Shown: positions 12,781 to 24,593, counted from the stretch's first letter. The stretch is 53,637 nucleotides of DNA from Chiloscyllium plagiosum (GCF_004010195.1 NC_057719.1:8357788-8411424), one strand, 5' to 3'. The notes: generated from the letters alone by a model not told the origin. Numbers and translations: made by a program.

Positions 12781-13024
12781 CAATTGGTGGACACCGCCTC
12801 TTCTGTGGCAGTGTTGAGCACATCGTAGCTGCCCCAAGGCCCTGATTCTAGGGGGTGGACTTTGCCTGTGTGTTTGCTGTGTGATTCAGTGCAACCTCTT
12901 GGAAGGGGTGAGGTGGGGGAGTTTATCTAATCTCTCGTATCAAGGAAGATTCCACCCTGTGTGCTCCTATGCTTCTGTTGGCTCTGAGGCCAAAGATCAG
13001 TAGCTAAAGCCCAAGTCTTGGTCT

Positions 13025-13370
13025 TTTATTCATTCACAGGATGTGGGGCGTTGATGGCTCGGCCAACATTTATTGCCGTCCCTAACAATTCAGAAGGCAG
13101 TTAAGAGTCAACCACATTGGGTCTGGAGTCACGTGTAGGCCACATCCGGTAAGGACGGCAGTTTCCCTTGCTAAAGGACATTCGTGAACCAGATGGGTTT
13201 TTCCGACAATCAACGATGGATTTTGGGGTCATCAGTAGTTTCTCAATTCCAGATTCTTAATGAATTCAAATTCCACCTTCTGCCGTGGCAGGGTTTGAAC
13301 CTGGGTCCCCAGAATATTACCTGGGTCACTAGTTTAACAGTCCAGCAATAAGACCACTAGGCCAGCACCT
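13025..13370 (-). mobile_element. tRNA-derived SINE, second family (LINE-derived tail)
   Basis: Reverse complement of the copies at 27395 and 47503 (GGCCTAGTGG A box, GGTTCAAACC B box). Confidence 0.85.
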
Positions 13371-13389
13371 CATCAATAGCAAAAAATCT

Positions 13390-13710
13390 AAATTGACAGT
13401 CCCGGAGCAGTACGGGGGAGTGTTGGGTAAAAACAAAACCCCAGTTGCTTGCTTAGGTAGAATAGGAAGATCCCATGGCCCTAGTGGAGCAGGGAAGACC
13501 TCCCTTTGTCCTGTGCAACATTTCTTCCTCAACCAATGTTATGTGGAACCAGATGGAGTAACGAGTTTTTATCGCCTTGGATGCTTGCTGTGCATAAGTC
13601 AGTTGCCCCATTTCCTACATTCCAACAACAGTTACACTCTAAAAGAAATGACTTAGTTGTCTGTAAACCACTTTCTGAGGACATGGCTGGTGCTATGTGA
13701 ATGCAACTTC
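13390..13710 (+). mobile_element. DeuSINE/SacSINE-like remnant
   Basis: GCAGTAC.GGGGAGTG..GATCCCATGGC..GCTTGCTGTGCATAA..TTTCCTACATT..AATGCAA; matches 41675. Confidence 0.6.
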
Positions 13711-14079
13711 CAGCTGGTGGGAGGGTAGAGGCAGGTTTATCAGGGAATGAGTTCCCAATGAGAAGGCAATGAACTTAGCAGTCTCTGTTAAAAGTTAAAA
13801 ATCACACAACACCAGGTTATAGTCCAACAGGTTTATTTGGAAGCACTAGCTTTCAGAATGCTGCTCCTTCGTCAGGTCGTTGGGGAGAATAAGATTGTCA
13901 GACACAGAATTTATAGCAAAATTTACAGTGTGATGTAACTGATATTATATTGAAAAAGATCTGGATTGTTTGCTAAGTCGCTCATCTTTTAGAATGACCA
14001 TGTTGGTTTCAGTTCTTTCATATGTAAATTGCAGAATATTTTTTTAGAAGTAACATTCTCATGTGAACTTTAACAATTG

Positions 14080-14257
14080 GTTAAAAATCACACAACACCA
14101 GGTTATAGTCCAACAGGTTTAATTGGAAGCACACTAGCTTTCGGAGCGACGCTCCTTCATCAGGTGATATCACCTGATAAAGGAGCGTCGCTCCGAAAGC
14201 TAGTATGCTTCCAATTAAACCTGTTGGACTATAACCTGGTGTTGTGTGATTTTTAAC
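14080..14257. repeat. 178-bp loopless palindrome (89-bp arms, 2 mismatches); second copy at 14557-14733
   Basis: Centre GGTGAT|ATCACC at 14168/14169; arms pair GTTAAAAATCACACAACACCAGG with CCTGGTGTTGTGTGATTTTTAAC. Confidence 0.95.
14132..14166 (-). ncRNA. Minimal type-I hammerhead ribozyme motif (intact core)
   Basis: Minus strand CAC-CTGATGA-A-GGAGC-GTC-GCTCC-GAAA-GCTA-GTG: stem I CAC/GTG, 5-bp stem II, palindromic AGCU, CUA cleavage triplet. Confidence 0.8.
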
Positions 14258-15557
14258 TTTGTCCACCCCAGTCCAACACCGGCATCTCCGAATCAAGTCC
14301 AACAGGTTTATTTGGAAGCACCAGCTTTCAGAGCGCTGCTCCTTCGTCAGGTCGTTGGGGAGAATAAGATTGTCAGACACAGAATTTATAGCAAAAATTT
14401 ACAGTGTGATGTAACTGAAATTATATATTGAAAAAGACCTGGATTGTTTGCTAAGTCGCTCATCTTTTAGAATGACCATGTTGGTTTCAGTTCTTTCATA
14501 TGTAAATTGCAGAATTTTTTTTAGAAGTTACATTCTCATGTGAACTTTAACAATTGGTTAAAAATCTCACAATACCAGGTTATAGTCCAACAGGTTTAAT
14601 TGGAAGCACACTAGCTTTTGGAGCGCCGCTCCTTCATCAGGTGATATCAGGTGATGAAGGAGCGTCGCTCCGAAAGCTAGTGTGCTTCCAATTAAACCTG
14701 TTGGATATAACCTGGTGTTGTGTGATTTTTAACTTTGTACACCCCAGTCCAACACCCGCATCTCCGAATCAATTTTAACAATTGGTGTCATGTCGTCCCA
14801 GATAATGCATTGAAGGTGTGAGTTTCCCTGTGTGAGACTGTCTGTGCCACAATGGTCAGACTGATTCTCATCTAACAAACGGATTTACAGAATCTTACAT
14901 GGACTCATGCAGTTTTTGAGCAAAATAAAATGTAATTCTGCAAAATCAAATTCACCGCACAAACCTATATGTGTGTGTGTGTGTATGTGTGTGTGGCAGG
15001 GGGTAGGGTAAGGTTATGAGGGTCTGTGAAAGAGTGTGTGTATCCGCATGTAAAGATGTATACAGCTGTGAGAGGGTGTGTGCGAAAGTGTATGTGTGAG
15101 CGTATGAGAGAGAGTCTGGGTGTGTGTGTGTGTTTATGTGTATCTGTAGGAGAGTGTGTGTGTGTGTAGGAGTGTCTGTGTGTGTCTGTCTATCTGTGTG
15201 TATGTAGTGCAATGGGGTCACCTGTAGTCTGACCTGGTTCAGGCCATCCTCATGGGTACTGTTGAAAGTAACATTGTTCCAAGCAAATGACCTTTGCACT
15301 CTGGCTGTAATTGGTCAAGCATGACCCAGACAAAGAAAAAATAGTCTGCAGCATCACTGTATTGTATTCAAAAACAAAACCCACAAAGAGATTGGATTGA
15401 TGTGGCAATTTCTGATATGTAATATAGAATTTCTTTGTAGCTTTTATTGATTAACTTTACACTCTAAAGAGGGAGGAGTATGTTAGTGCTCAGAATGCAG
15501 TGGGTTTTGACCCGAAGTCAGAAAGTTCTGTGTTCAAGTCCTACCTGAAGATTTGAG

Positions 15558-16065
15558 AACAAGGAGTTGACCCTGACCGGGTGTTGCAGACTGGCACATT
15601 CCAAGGTCCAGGGCTACGTGCTGAGGGATGCAGTAAAACTTGGGGCAGCTGCTGCCAAGGTGTAGTGGGGAAAGACCCCTGTCAGAGGTCTTTGGGCCAA
15701 AGTTAAATGGGAGTCCGTTCAGTTATCAGACTCTCCCAGTGCCTCAAATATATGTAAATATAATCCTGCACAGTTAAGAAATTCCTTGGGCTTGTTCTGT
15801 TGGATGGAGCCAAACTCCAATGTTTCTTTCTCAGAACAGGAGGAAGGGTCACCAGACATGAAATGTTAACTCTGATTTCTCTGCACAGACCTGCTGAGCT
15901 TTTCCAGCACCTTCTGACTTTGTTTCTGTTTTACAGCATCCACAGTCTTTTCAATTATTATCCTTTGTTTCTCGATATGCTACTATACAGAATCGAACTG
16001 TGTTTGCGACTAAGTACATATACAAAGATATTTTTATGAATAAAATATATTTTTGAAATAAAAAA
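15558..16065 (+). mobile_element. Tx1/L1-group LINE 3' end, with a family C remnant inserted at about 15835-15950
   Basis: KELTLTGCCRLAHSKVQGYVLRDAVKLGAAAAK and the same 3' UTR end as 8270-8690, plus an A-tail. Confidence 0.8.
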
Positions 16066-16587
16066 AATTGAGCCCAAAAGTCAAGTTAGAGACTCTAGTA
16101 GGGGACTGCATGGGTGCTGATGAGTTGGAATTGCTGCCTTTTGGATAACGTGATAAACCAAGAGTTAGTCTGTCCTGCCCTTGGATGTACATGATTCATC
16201 CCATCAAAGCAGATTTAACTGGGAGTGGTAATGTCTCTGGCACATTCTAGGGATGCTGTTCAAATCTCAACATGATACGTGGTGAAATTTGAATTACATA
16301 AAAATCTGAAACAATTGGTGATCAAGTGTCAATTATCATCAGGTAAAAAACCCCACCTGGTTCACTCATGTCCGACTGGCAAGGATATCTGCCATCCTCA
16401 CCTGGTCTGGCCTACATGTGACTCCAGACCCATAGCAAGATGGTTGACACCTCCTCTCTGAGCTCTGGGCAATTAGAGAAGGGCAATATTTGCCAGTGAT
16501 TCCCATATCCCAGGAACAACTTTATAAAAGAAAAGGGCAGAGGAGTTATCCCAGAATTCTCACCCAACCAATACTTATCCTCCAACC

Positions 16588-17222
16588 TGTGATGGAGCTG
16601 CTCCTTTAACAAGGTTATGCTGTCCTTGACTTTTTCATTCAGAGAGGTCGTAAATGACACAGATTCTGAAAAGTCTGAGGCTGAAGGGTTGTAGGGCCAA
16701 GTTGATTATAGCTAACAGATACTGCCTTAGGTAGAAGGCTTTTGAGTTAAAAAAACACACTTGGACAATGAAAGGGGAATGGCCAGTTCTGCCAGCTCAG
16801 CTTCCCTCTGGTTTGGTTTGGTTTTTAGCAGTAGTATAAAAAAAGCTGTTGGACCCAAAGGAGCAAGTCCAGGCTGGTACTCTCCCTCTGTGACTTCTTT
16901 CCTGTGAGATCCTGTGTTTGGTTTTAGCTGTTGTGCCAAGGGGTGTTTATGAGGATTATTGGAAGTATTTGGAACAGTATCATTAAGATGGGATGATCTG
17001 TTGGATTTTTGGATAGGTTAAGTAATTCGGTATCTGTTTTCTGTTGTTTGTGTTTCATTCAGTAATCTTGGAAATAAATTCTGTTTTGTTTAAAGCTAAG
17101 TGGTTGGCCCAGCAGCATCTCTCCTGAAATATCCACCTTACATCTGCTTCCTGCAACTAGCAAAGTTAGGGTCTCGGCTGCCTTCTTGAAATGTTTGGAG
17201 GGGTTCTGGCCTGGTCCATAAC
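16588..17222 (+). mobile_element. Putative solo LTR inserted into a DeuSINE remnant
   Basis: Begins TGTGATGG and ends CCATAAC; TATAAAA at about 16835 and AATAAA at about 17073; SINE sequence resumes on both sides. Confidence 0.55.
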
Positions 17223-17261
17223 CTATTGATATCAGAAAAAATAGATTATTGGCTCATTGAA

Positions 17262-17555
17262 CTAGAATCCCTACAGTGTGGAAACAGGCCCTTCAGCCCA
17301 ACAAGTCCACAGCGACCCTCTGCACAGTAACCCAGACCTCTGTCTAATGCACCTAGCCTACACATCCCTGGACGCTATGGGCAATTTTGCATGGCCAATT
17401 CACCTAACCTGTACAGCTTTGCGATTGTGGGAGGAAACCCATGCAAACACAGGGAGAATGTGCAAACCCCACACAGACAGTCACCCGAGGCTGGAATTGA
17501 ACCCAGGTCCCTGATGCTATGAGTCAGCAATGCTAATCACTGAGCCACCATGCCA
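17262..17555 (-). mobile_element. V-SINE (HE1-like)
   Basis: Reverse-complement SINE. Confidence 0.88.
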
Positions 17556-18024
17556 CTCGTTAGCGCAGTGGTGCTGGTAAAGGTTGTCTGGCTGCTTACT
17601 TACAAAACTGATTGCACTACTTGAATGGTTGCAAATCATTTTGAGATGTGGGTGTGAAAGGCGTTATGTAAATGCAAGTCTTTGCTTCTTGTCCTCCCTT
17701 TTGGTGGAACACGGTGTTTTGGACAACCCTGAGAGAAGGTTTCTCCAGTGGTGAAGACCCAGGAGGGAGCAGCCACATGAGTATGGGGTCATTCCAAAAC
17801 GTGTAAAGCCAGAGTGGAGGCATTCAATGGTCCAGGCACTCGGTATGTTCAGATGGGTTTAGATTACCAGTAAAAGCTGAAGGGTCACATGATGAGAAAG
17901 GGCAAGTCAGAGAGATTGCCAGGCACCAGAACTGTCCCATTCTGGCAATAAGCCACCAATTGTATATGCAAGGGTTGAGGCACCTACCAACCCAATCTAC
18001 CCAAGTCACACAACCAACATGGTC

Positions 18025-18655
18025 ATCGTACAGTACGGAAACAGACCCTTCAGTCCAACCTGTCCATGCTGACCAGATATTATAAATTAATCTAGTCCCA
18101 CCTGCCAGCACTTGGCCCATATCCTTTTAAACCCTTCCTATTCATATACCCATCCAGATGCCTTTTAAATGTTGCATTTGCACCGGCCTCCACCACTTCC
18201 TCTGACAGTTCATTCCACACATGCACCAGCCTCTGTGTGAAAATGCTGCCCCTGAGGTCCCTTTTAAATCTTTCCCCTATCACCTGAAACTTATGCCCTG
18301 TAGTTCTAGACTCCCCTACCCTGGGAAAAGACCTTGTCTATTTATCCTATCCATGCCCCTCATGATTTTATAAACCTCTATAAGGTCACCCCTCAGCCTC
18401 TGACGCTCCAGGGAACACAGCCCCAGCCTGTTCAGCCTCTCCCAATAGCTCAAACCCTCCAAACCTGTCAACATCCTTGTGAATCATTTCTGAAACCTTT
18501 CAAGTTTCACAACATTCTTCCTGGAGCAAGGAGACCAGAATTACATGCAATATTCCAACAGTGGCCTAATCAATGTCCTGTACAGCCACAACATGACCTC
18601 CCAACTCCTGTACTCAATACTCTGAACAATAAAGGAAAACATACCAAATGCCTTC
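18025..18655 (-). mobile_element. CR1 LINE 3' fragment
   Basis: ORF 18092-18283 FKRDLRGSIFTQRLVHVWNELSEEVVEAG..TFKRHLDGYM. Confidence 0.9.
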
Positions 18656-18848
18656 TTTGACCCTGAATGAAGTAATCCCAGAAGTTGCTCACTCTGAAGA
18701 CAATATGCATAAACCTTAATGCGATTGGAGTAGCATTTTTATCACATGGACTAAAGCTCTGCATGAAGTGGGCACATTACAGCTGGGTAACTAGGGATGG
18801 GCAAAAAAAATACCTGCATCCAAAGAACAAATATATTATCATTTTGAG

Positions 18849-19160
18849 TGCTGCTGAGAAAAATGATACACTGTTAAGGTTTCTCATCTTGCACTTCTCA
18901 GGACATAATCGCAAGAACACCAAACCTCATGACAATGCTTTGAGCAATCTTGCTTGGTTGAAGTTTAAACAAAAGCTTGGCAGTTAACTGTTTCCTGGTG
19001 CCTATCTGTGGCAAGATCGGGACCAATGAGAGCCCACATGCCGACCAGTAAATCCCTATATCTCATACAGTATAAATTGTTATTCTCTTTGTGATTTGGT
19101 ATTCTTGTGTCTGTCCTGATAAGTACAAGGTGAAGACCGTTGACAAAGCATTTTTCCAGC
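18849..19160. mobile_element. Old element with inverted ends, each carrying a decayed family E hammerhead-like motif
   Basis: + arm TTTGGTATTCTTGTGTCTGTC-CTGATAAG-TACAAG..GACA; - arm TTTGGTGTTCTTGCGATTATGTC-CTGAGAAG-TGCAAG; related to 29050-29213. Confidence 0.55.
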
Positions 19161-19541
19161 GGTGTTTAGTAATCCCTTTCTCTCCAACTGTTTTTAATCT
19201 TCAGTTTCCTTGCAATTGCTTGACATTTCCCTCAGCTCTAGTCGAGTTAAAATCCCATGGGATGGCAGGAGCACAGCCTGATGTGCTTGGGTGCAGACAA
19301 GAGAAAGAGTTTATGTTACTGTGACACCGTTCATATAGTCAGCACATCGCGAAGCATTTCTTCAAACTAACACGGGGAACACAGCAGTGAACTTGTGCAC
19401 AGCAAGCTCCCCTATGAATAGCAACTTGGTAATGACCAGCTAACTTGTTTCAGTGATAAATAATGGGCAAGTCACTGGAGGAAACCGATTGCTCATGCTC
19501 TCCTTCAATGCAGTATTGTTCGATCTTTTATACTCCATTTA

Positions 19542-19875
19542 GGGGTGGCTCAGTGTTTAACACTGCTGCCTTACAGCATCAGGGACTCAGGTTCAATTCC
19601 AGCTTTGGTTCACTGTGTGGAGTTAACACATTCTCCCAGTGTCTGTGTGGGTTTCCTCTGGGTGCTCCGATTTGCCCCTCAAAGTCCAAAGGTGTGCAGG
19701 TGAGGGTGTTTTGGCCTTGGAAAATTGCACATAATGGCCAGGGATGTGCAGGTTAAGTAGATTGGCCACAGGGAAATGCAGAGTTACAGGGTGGGGGGAG
19801 GTGAGTCTGGGCAGGGTGCTCTTCGGAGGGGTGGTGTGGACTTGTTGGGCTGAATTCCACACTGTAGGGATCCAT
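19542..19875 (+). mobile_element. V-SINE (HE1-like)
   Basis: GGTGGCTCAGTG head and SINE body. Confidence 0.88.
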
Positions 19876-20120
19876 GGATGTGCGCATGATTATATTTTGG
19901 TCTCTGACCCACAGCTTTCAGCTTCTGAGAGAAGGGCACTCCTCATTGCTCCACTGTTCCTGGCTATATTTGCATTCGACAATTAACTGAGTGAAATTAT
20001 CCAAAATATTCTGATTTTATGTTAGCGTTTCACCTTTCACCCACTGTGGTGAGCTGGATTCTGTTAATATTTGCATCGAAGTTAGTGTCATTCGACTGCA
20101 GCCCGGGGAACGAGGATGAA

Positions 20121-20344
20121 GAGTCGAGAGCATAGTGCTAGAAAAGCACAGCAGGTCAGGCAGCATCCGAGGAGCAGGAGAATCCACGTTTCGGGTAAAA
20201 GCCGTTCATCAGGAAGGGCTGATGAAGGGCTTATGCCTGAAACGTCAATTCTGCTGCTCCTCAGATGCTGCCTGACCGGCTGTGCTTTTCCAGCACCACA
20301 CTCTCGACTCTGATCTCCAGCATCTGCAGTTCTCACTTTCTCCA
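20121..20344. mobile_element. Family A fold-back element with head-to-head hammerhead motifs
   Basis: + core CTGATGA-A-GGGC-TTAT-GCCT-GAAA-CGTC at 20219-20246; decayed - core at 20184-20214; about 90-bp inverted arms plus tail. Confidence 0.88.
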
Positions 20345-20539
20345 ACGAGACTGGAGAGGCAGGGTCAGCAGAATGAAGGTTGTGTGTGGGTTGTGCTGGC
20401 AGTCCACTGGCAGGCAGGTTGTGATAGAGCTTGGCTTTTCATGGGAACAGAGTGATGAATTATGTGGAGCCCTTCGATTCTTCAGCACGTGGCTGGAGAG
20501 CTGTGTGCACTACCTCTTCTGACCAAGGTCTATCAAATC

Positions 20540-20990
20540 CCTTTCCCTGCCCCTCCCCGCTCCCTTCTACTCCTCCCAGCCACCAACTGGATTCCTTCCT
20601 CCCATTGGCCAACCAGGTTGTACCCTCTACCTGTCTTCACCTATCCCCACTTCACCATCCTGCCCCTGCCACCCCCTTTATCTGCAGCTCCCCCCACCGC
20701 CCACCCCAGTCCTGAAGAAATGTTACACCTGAACCGTTGACTTCTCTACCTCCTGATGCTGCCTGACTTGCTGTGTTCCTCCAGACTCCTGCCTGTCCCT
20801 CCTGATGCTGCCTGGCTTGCTGTGTTCCTCCAGCCTCCTGCCTCTCCCTCTGATGCTGCCTGCCTTGCTGTGTATCCCCAGCCTCCTGCCTGTCCCTTCT
20901 GATGCTGCCTGACTTGCTGTGTTCCTCCAGCCTCCTCCCTGTCCCTCCTGATGCTGCCTGGTTTGCTGTGTTCCTCCAGCCTCCTGCTTG
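20540..20990 (+). repeat. Family B Penelope 3' terminus ending in about 5 copies of a 48-49 bp tandem repeat (20752-20990)
   Basis: C-rich UTR, decayed hammerhead GTC-CTGAAGA..GAACCGTTGAC at 20709; unit CCTGATGCTGCCTGGCTTGCTGTGTTCCTCCAGCCTCCTGCCTGTCCCT. Confidence 0.85.
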
Positions 20991-20992
20991 TA

Positions 20993-21430
20993 GAGAGTAC
21001 AGAGTAGAGTAGCCTTTATTGTGATTTCTACCATATGCAACTGAGACAGCATTCTTCCAGTACCAAGGGTGCTACATGGACAGCACAAACTACACAATAG
21101 TACACGGCATAATGTGCCTAAGAAGTGCAAAACACCCAAGTTACAGTGTTACAGAAGAATGATGAATAATAGACATTTTTCCAGCAGCAAAACGAAATAA
21201 TATCAGATGGGCAAGAGTCCCATTATACTGTGTTAAAGAGCCTGATGGCTTGGGGGAAGAAACTGTTGCACAGTCTGACTGTGACAGACCAAATGCTCTG
21301 GTATCTTCTGCCAGATGGCAGGAGGGAGAAGAGTTTCAGTGAGGGATGTGCGGGGTCTTCCTCAATGCTCTTAGCCTTTCCGATTGCGTGTGGAGTAAAT
21401 ATCTGAAATGGAGGGAAGAGAGACCCCGAT
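20993..21430 (-). mobile_element. Rex1/Babar-like LINE 3' fragment
   Basis: (AGAGT)n tail with TTTATT; minus strand LFSLLPSGRRYQSI and NSFFPQAIRL. Confidence 0.7.
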
Positions 21431-21460
21431 GTCTACTCTCAGTTGGTTGGTTGGCTGGTT

Positions 21461-21719
21461 TGTGATGCAGGAAGATGTCAACATCAGAAGAAGAACACCA
21501 GAAACAGGAATCGCTCTGGTTGAACAGAGTCGGTTTATTAAGGAGCACTTGTTTAATAGCTAGGGACACCACATCTACGGGATCACTGTGCTTGGGTTGG
21601 GAATGGGAGTCTGGAGCCAGGTTATGTGCAGCATCAGGGCCTGTGATATCTGTCTCTGCCCCTGATTGTACTTACACTGTGTGGGCAGCACAGCATCAAG
21701 AAGACGTCCCACCACCACA
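21461..21719 (-). mobile_element. Possible short solo LTR
   Basis: TGTGATG...CACCACA inverted termini; AATAAA on the minus strand at about 21535; no TSD seen. Confidence 0.4.
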
Positions 21720-21837
21720 TTCTCGATATCAGTTAGGAATGGCTAATAAACACTGGCCTGGGATTTATAAACTGAGGCATGGAGTACAAGGATGATATAG
21801 TTCCAGAGGATGATTGGGCTGCTCTCTCATTGGAGAG

Positions 21838-21947
21838 ATGGAGAGAGAGAGAGAGAGGGAGGGCAAGAGAGAGAAATGGAGAGAGGGAGAGTGAGGGAGA
21901 GTAAGGGAGAGGGGGATAGAGAGAGAGAGAAAGAAAGAGAGAGAGAG
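21838..21947. repeat. (GA)n purine-rich microsatellite
   Basis: Direct inspection. Confidence 0.9.
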
Positions 21948-22069
21948 GTTAATCACATCTCAGGTGATGTTGAGAATCAGCATGTTCATGGTAATCTCAG
22001 TTGGTGTGGAAATTGAATCCATTGCTGATCACATCATGCTATTAATCAGCTATTTGAATGAACCAACTC

Positions 22070-22562
22070 TTCAATGTTACTATGAACATCTACAAAACAT
22101 TGGCTTGGCCTCAACTGGACTGTTTCTCCAATTCTGGATATTGTGTTTTAGGAATGCTGCGAAGGCTTTTGGAAGGTGGAGAGCACAGTTACAAGAGTGG
22201 TTTTGAGATTAGGGGGTTTATTTACCAGTACAGATTGGAGAAGCTAGGACTGTTCTCCTTGGAGAAGACAAGGTGGAGCAGAGATTTGACAGAGGTGTTC
22301 AAAACCACGAAGGATCTGGACCAGGTAGATAAGTAGAAATTATTCTTTCTGGTGAACTGTTCAAGATCAGAGGCCACAGATTGAAGATAAATGGTAATAA
22401 GGAAATGGGGTAAAGAGTTTTAGGCAGAGAGAATTTAGGATCTGGAATACCCTGTCAGAGGGTGTGATGGAAGATCATAATGTTTGCAGGGCTACAGGGA
22501 AAGGTTGAGGGAGTGGCTCTGAAAAGGAGTTGGCATGGTTACGATAGGCCAAGTGGCCTCCT
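22070..22562 (+). mobile_element. Decayed CR1 3' fragment
   Basis: YKTLAWPQLD..RLEKLGLFSLEK..DLTEVFK. Confidence 0.8.
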
Positions 22563-22572
22563 TGAATGCATT

Positions 22573-23473
22573 AGAGCTGAAAAATGTGTTGCTGGAAAAA
22601 CGCAGCAGGTCAGGCAGCATCCAAGGAGCAGGAGAATCGATGTTTCGGGCATGAGCCCTTCTTCAGGAGTGAGGAGGGTGTGCCAAGCAGGATAAGATAA
22701 AAGGTAGGGAGGAGGGACTTAGGGGAGGGGCGTTGGGAATGCGATAGGTGGAAGGAGGTTAAGGTGAGGGTGATAGGCCGGAGAGGGGGTGGGGGCGGAG
22801 AGGTCGGGAAGAAGATTGCAGGTCAAGAAGGCGGTGCTGAGTCCGAGGGTTGGCACTGAGATAAGTTGGGGGGAGGGGAAATGAGGAAGCTGGAGAAATC
22901 TGCATTCATCCCTTGTGGTTGGAGGGTTCTTAGGCGGAAGATGAGGCACTCTTCCTCCAGGCGTCATGTTGCCATGGTCTGGCGATGGAGGAGGCCAAGG
23001 ACCTGCATGTCCTTGGCGGAGTGGGAGAGAGAGTTAAAGTGTTCAGCCACAGTGCGGTTGGGTTGGTTGGTGCAGGTGTCCCAGAGGTGTTCTCTGAAAT
23101 GTTCCACAAGTAGGCGGCCTGTCTCCCCAATGAAGAGGAGGCCATATCGGGTGCAGCGGATGCAGTAAATGATATGTGTGGAGGTGCAGGTGAATTTGTG
23201 ACAGATATGGAAGGATCCCTTGGGGCCTTGGAGGGAAGTGAGGGGGGAGGTGTGGGCGCAAGTTTTGCATTTCTTGCGGTTGCAGGGGAAGGTGCCGGGA
23301 GTGGAGGTTGGGTTGGTGGGGGATGTGGACCTGATGAGGGAGTCACGGAGGGAGTGGTCTTATCGGAACGCTGATCGGGGAGGGAAATATATCCCTGGTG
23401 GTGGGGTCTGTTTGGAGGTGGCGGAAATGACGAAGGATGATACGATGTATCTGGAGGTTGGTGGGGTGGTAGG
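22573..23473 (-). mobile_element. Neptune-type Penelope-like element, 3' part (Cys linker, GIY-YIG endonuclease, terminus with hammerhead)
   Basis: Minus strand PGTFPCNRKKCKTCAH, IIYCIRCTRYGLLFIGETGR, VAEHFNS..HSAKDMQVLGL; hammerhead CTGAAGA-A-GGGCTCATGCCC-GAAA-CATC at about 22638-22669. Confidence 0.9.
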
Positions 23474-24593
23474 TGCTGCCTGACACGCTGTGCTTTTCCA
23501 GCACCACACTCGCGACTCTGATCTCCAGCATCTGCAGTTCTCACTTTCTCCAACGAGACTGGAGAAGCAGGGGCAGCAGAATGAAGGTTGTGTGTGGGTT
23601 GTGCTGGTAGTCCACTGGCAGGCAGGTTGTGATAGAGCTTGGCTTTTCATGGGAACAGAGTGATGAATTATGTGGAGCCCTTCGATTCTTCAGCACGTGG
23701 CTGGAGAGCTGTGTGCACTACCTCTTCTGACCAAGGTCTATCAAATCCCTTTCCCAGCCCCTCCCTTCCACTCCTCCCAGCCACCAGCTGGATTCCTCCC
23801 TCCCATTTACCAACCAGGTTGTACCATTTACCTGTCTTCACCTATCCCCACTTCACCATCCTGCCCCTGCCACCCCCTTTATCTGCAGCTCCCCCCACCG
23901 CCCACCCCAGTCCTGAAGAAATGTTACACCTGAACCGTTGACTTCTCTACCTCCTGATGCTGCCTGACTTGCTGTGTTCCTCCAGACTCCTGCCTGTCCC
24001 TCCTGATGCTGCCTGGCTTGCTGTGTTCCTCCAGACTCCTGCCTGTCCCTCCTNNNNNNNNNNNNNNNNNNNNNNNNNNNNNNNNNNNNNNNNNNNNNNN
24101 NNNNNNNNNNNNNNNNNNNNNNNNNNNNCTGCCTGTCCCTCCTGATGCTGCCTGGCTTGCTGTGTTCCTCCAGCCTCCTGCCTGTCCCTCCTGCTGCTGC
24201 CTGGCTTGCTCTGTTCTTCCAGCCTCCTGCCTCTCCCTCCTGATGCTGCCTGGCTTGCTCTGTTCTTCCAGCCTCCTGCCTGTCCCTCCTGATGTTACCT
24301 GGCTTGTTGTGTTCCCCCAGCCTTCTGCCTGTCCCTCCTGATGCTGCCTGGCTTGCTGTGTTCCTCCAGCCTCCTGCCTCTCCCTCTGATGCTGCCTGCC
24401 TTGCTGTGTATCCCCAGCCTCCTGCCTGTCCCTTCTGATGCTGCCTGGCTTACTGTGTTCCCCTAGCCTCCTGCCTGCTCCTCCTGACACTGCCTGCCTT
24501 GCTGTGTTCCTCCAGCCTCCTGCCTCTCCCTCTGATGCTGCCTGCCTTGCTGTGTATCCCCAGCCTCCTGCCTGTCCCTTCTGATGCTGCCTG
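23474..24593 (+). repeat. Duplicate of 20266 to at least 20850, with the 48-49 bp minisatellite expanded (about 13 units, including the gap)
   Basis: Near-identical unique spacer AACGAGACTGGAGA..CCAAGGTCTATCAAATCCC at about 20345 and 23552. Confidence 0.9.
24054..24128. other. Assembly gap
   Basis: Run of N inside the minisatellite. Confidence 1.

Larger units (their letters stand above)
13790..15260 (-). mobile_element. Penelope-like element 3' end (family D) with terminal hammerhead, interrupted by tandem palindromes
   Basis: Minus strand encodes THEDGLN (resembles a PLE GIY-YIG C-terminus) at about 15237-15257, then a CA-rich UTR. Terminal motif CTGACGAAGGAGC..GAAAGCTAGTG at 13844-13877. 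Confidence 0.75.

Noticed and set aside
17749..17850. Possible exon CTCCAG|...|GTATGT
   Set aside because: Stop codons in all three frames
20451..20523. C/D-box snoRNA candidate (GTGATGA ... CTGA, about 70 nt), duplicated at about 23660
   Set aside because: No terminal stem, no clear C'/D' boxes and no guide complementarity that I can identify
22930..23553. 207-aa Pro-rich ORF as a host gene
   Set aside because: Alternative frame of the Penelope GIY-YIG region fused to a family A terminus
23952..24593. CRISPR-like array
   Set aside because: Units are contiguous 48-49 bp repeats with no unique spacers and no cas genes; the context is eukaryotic
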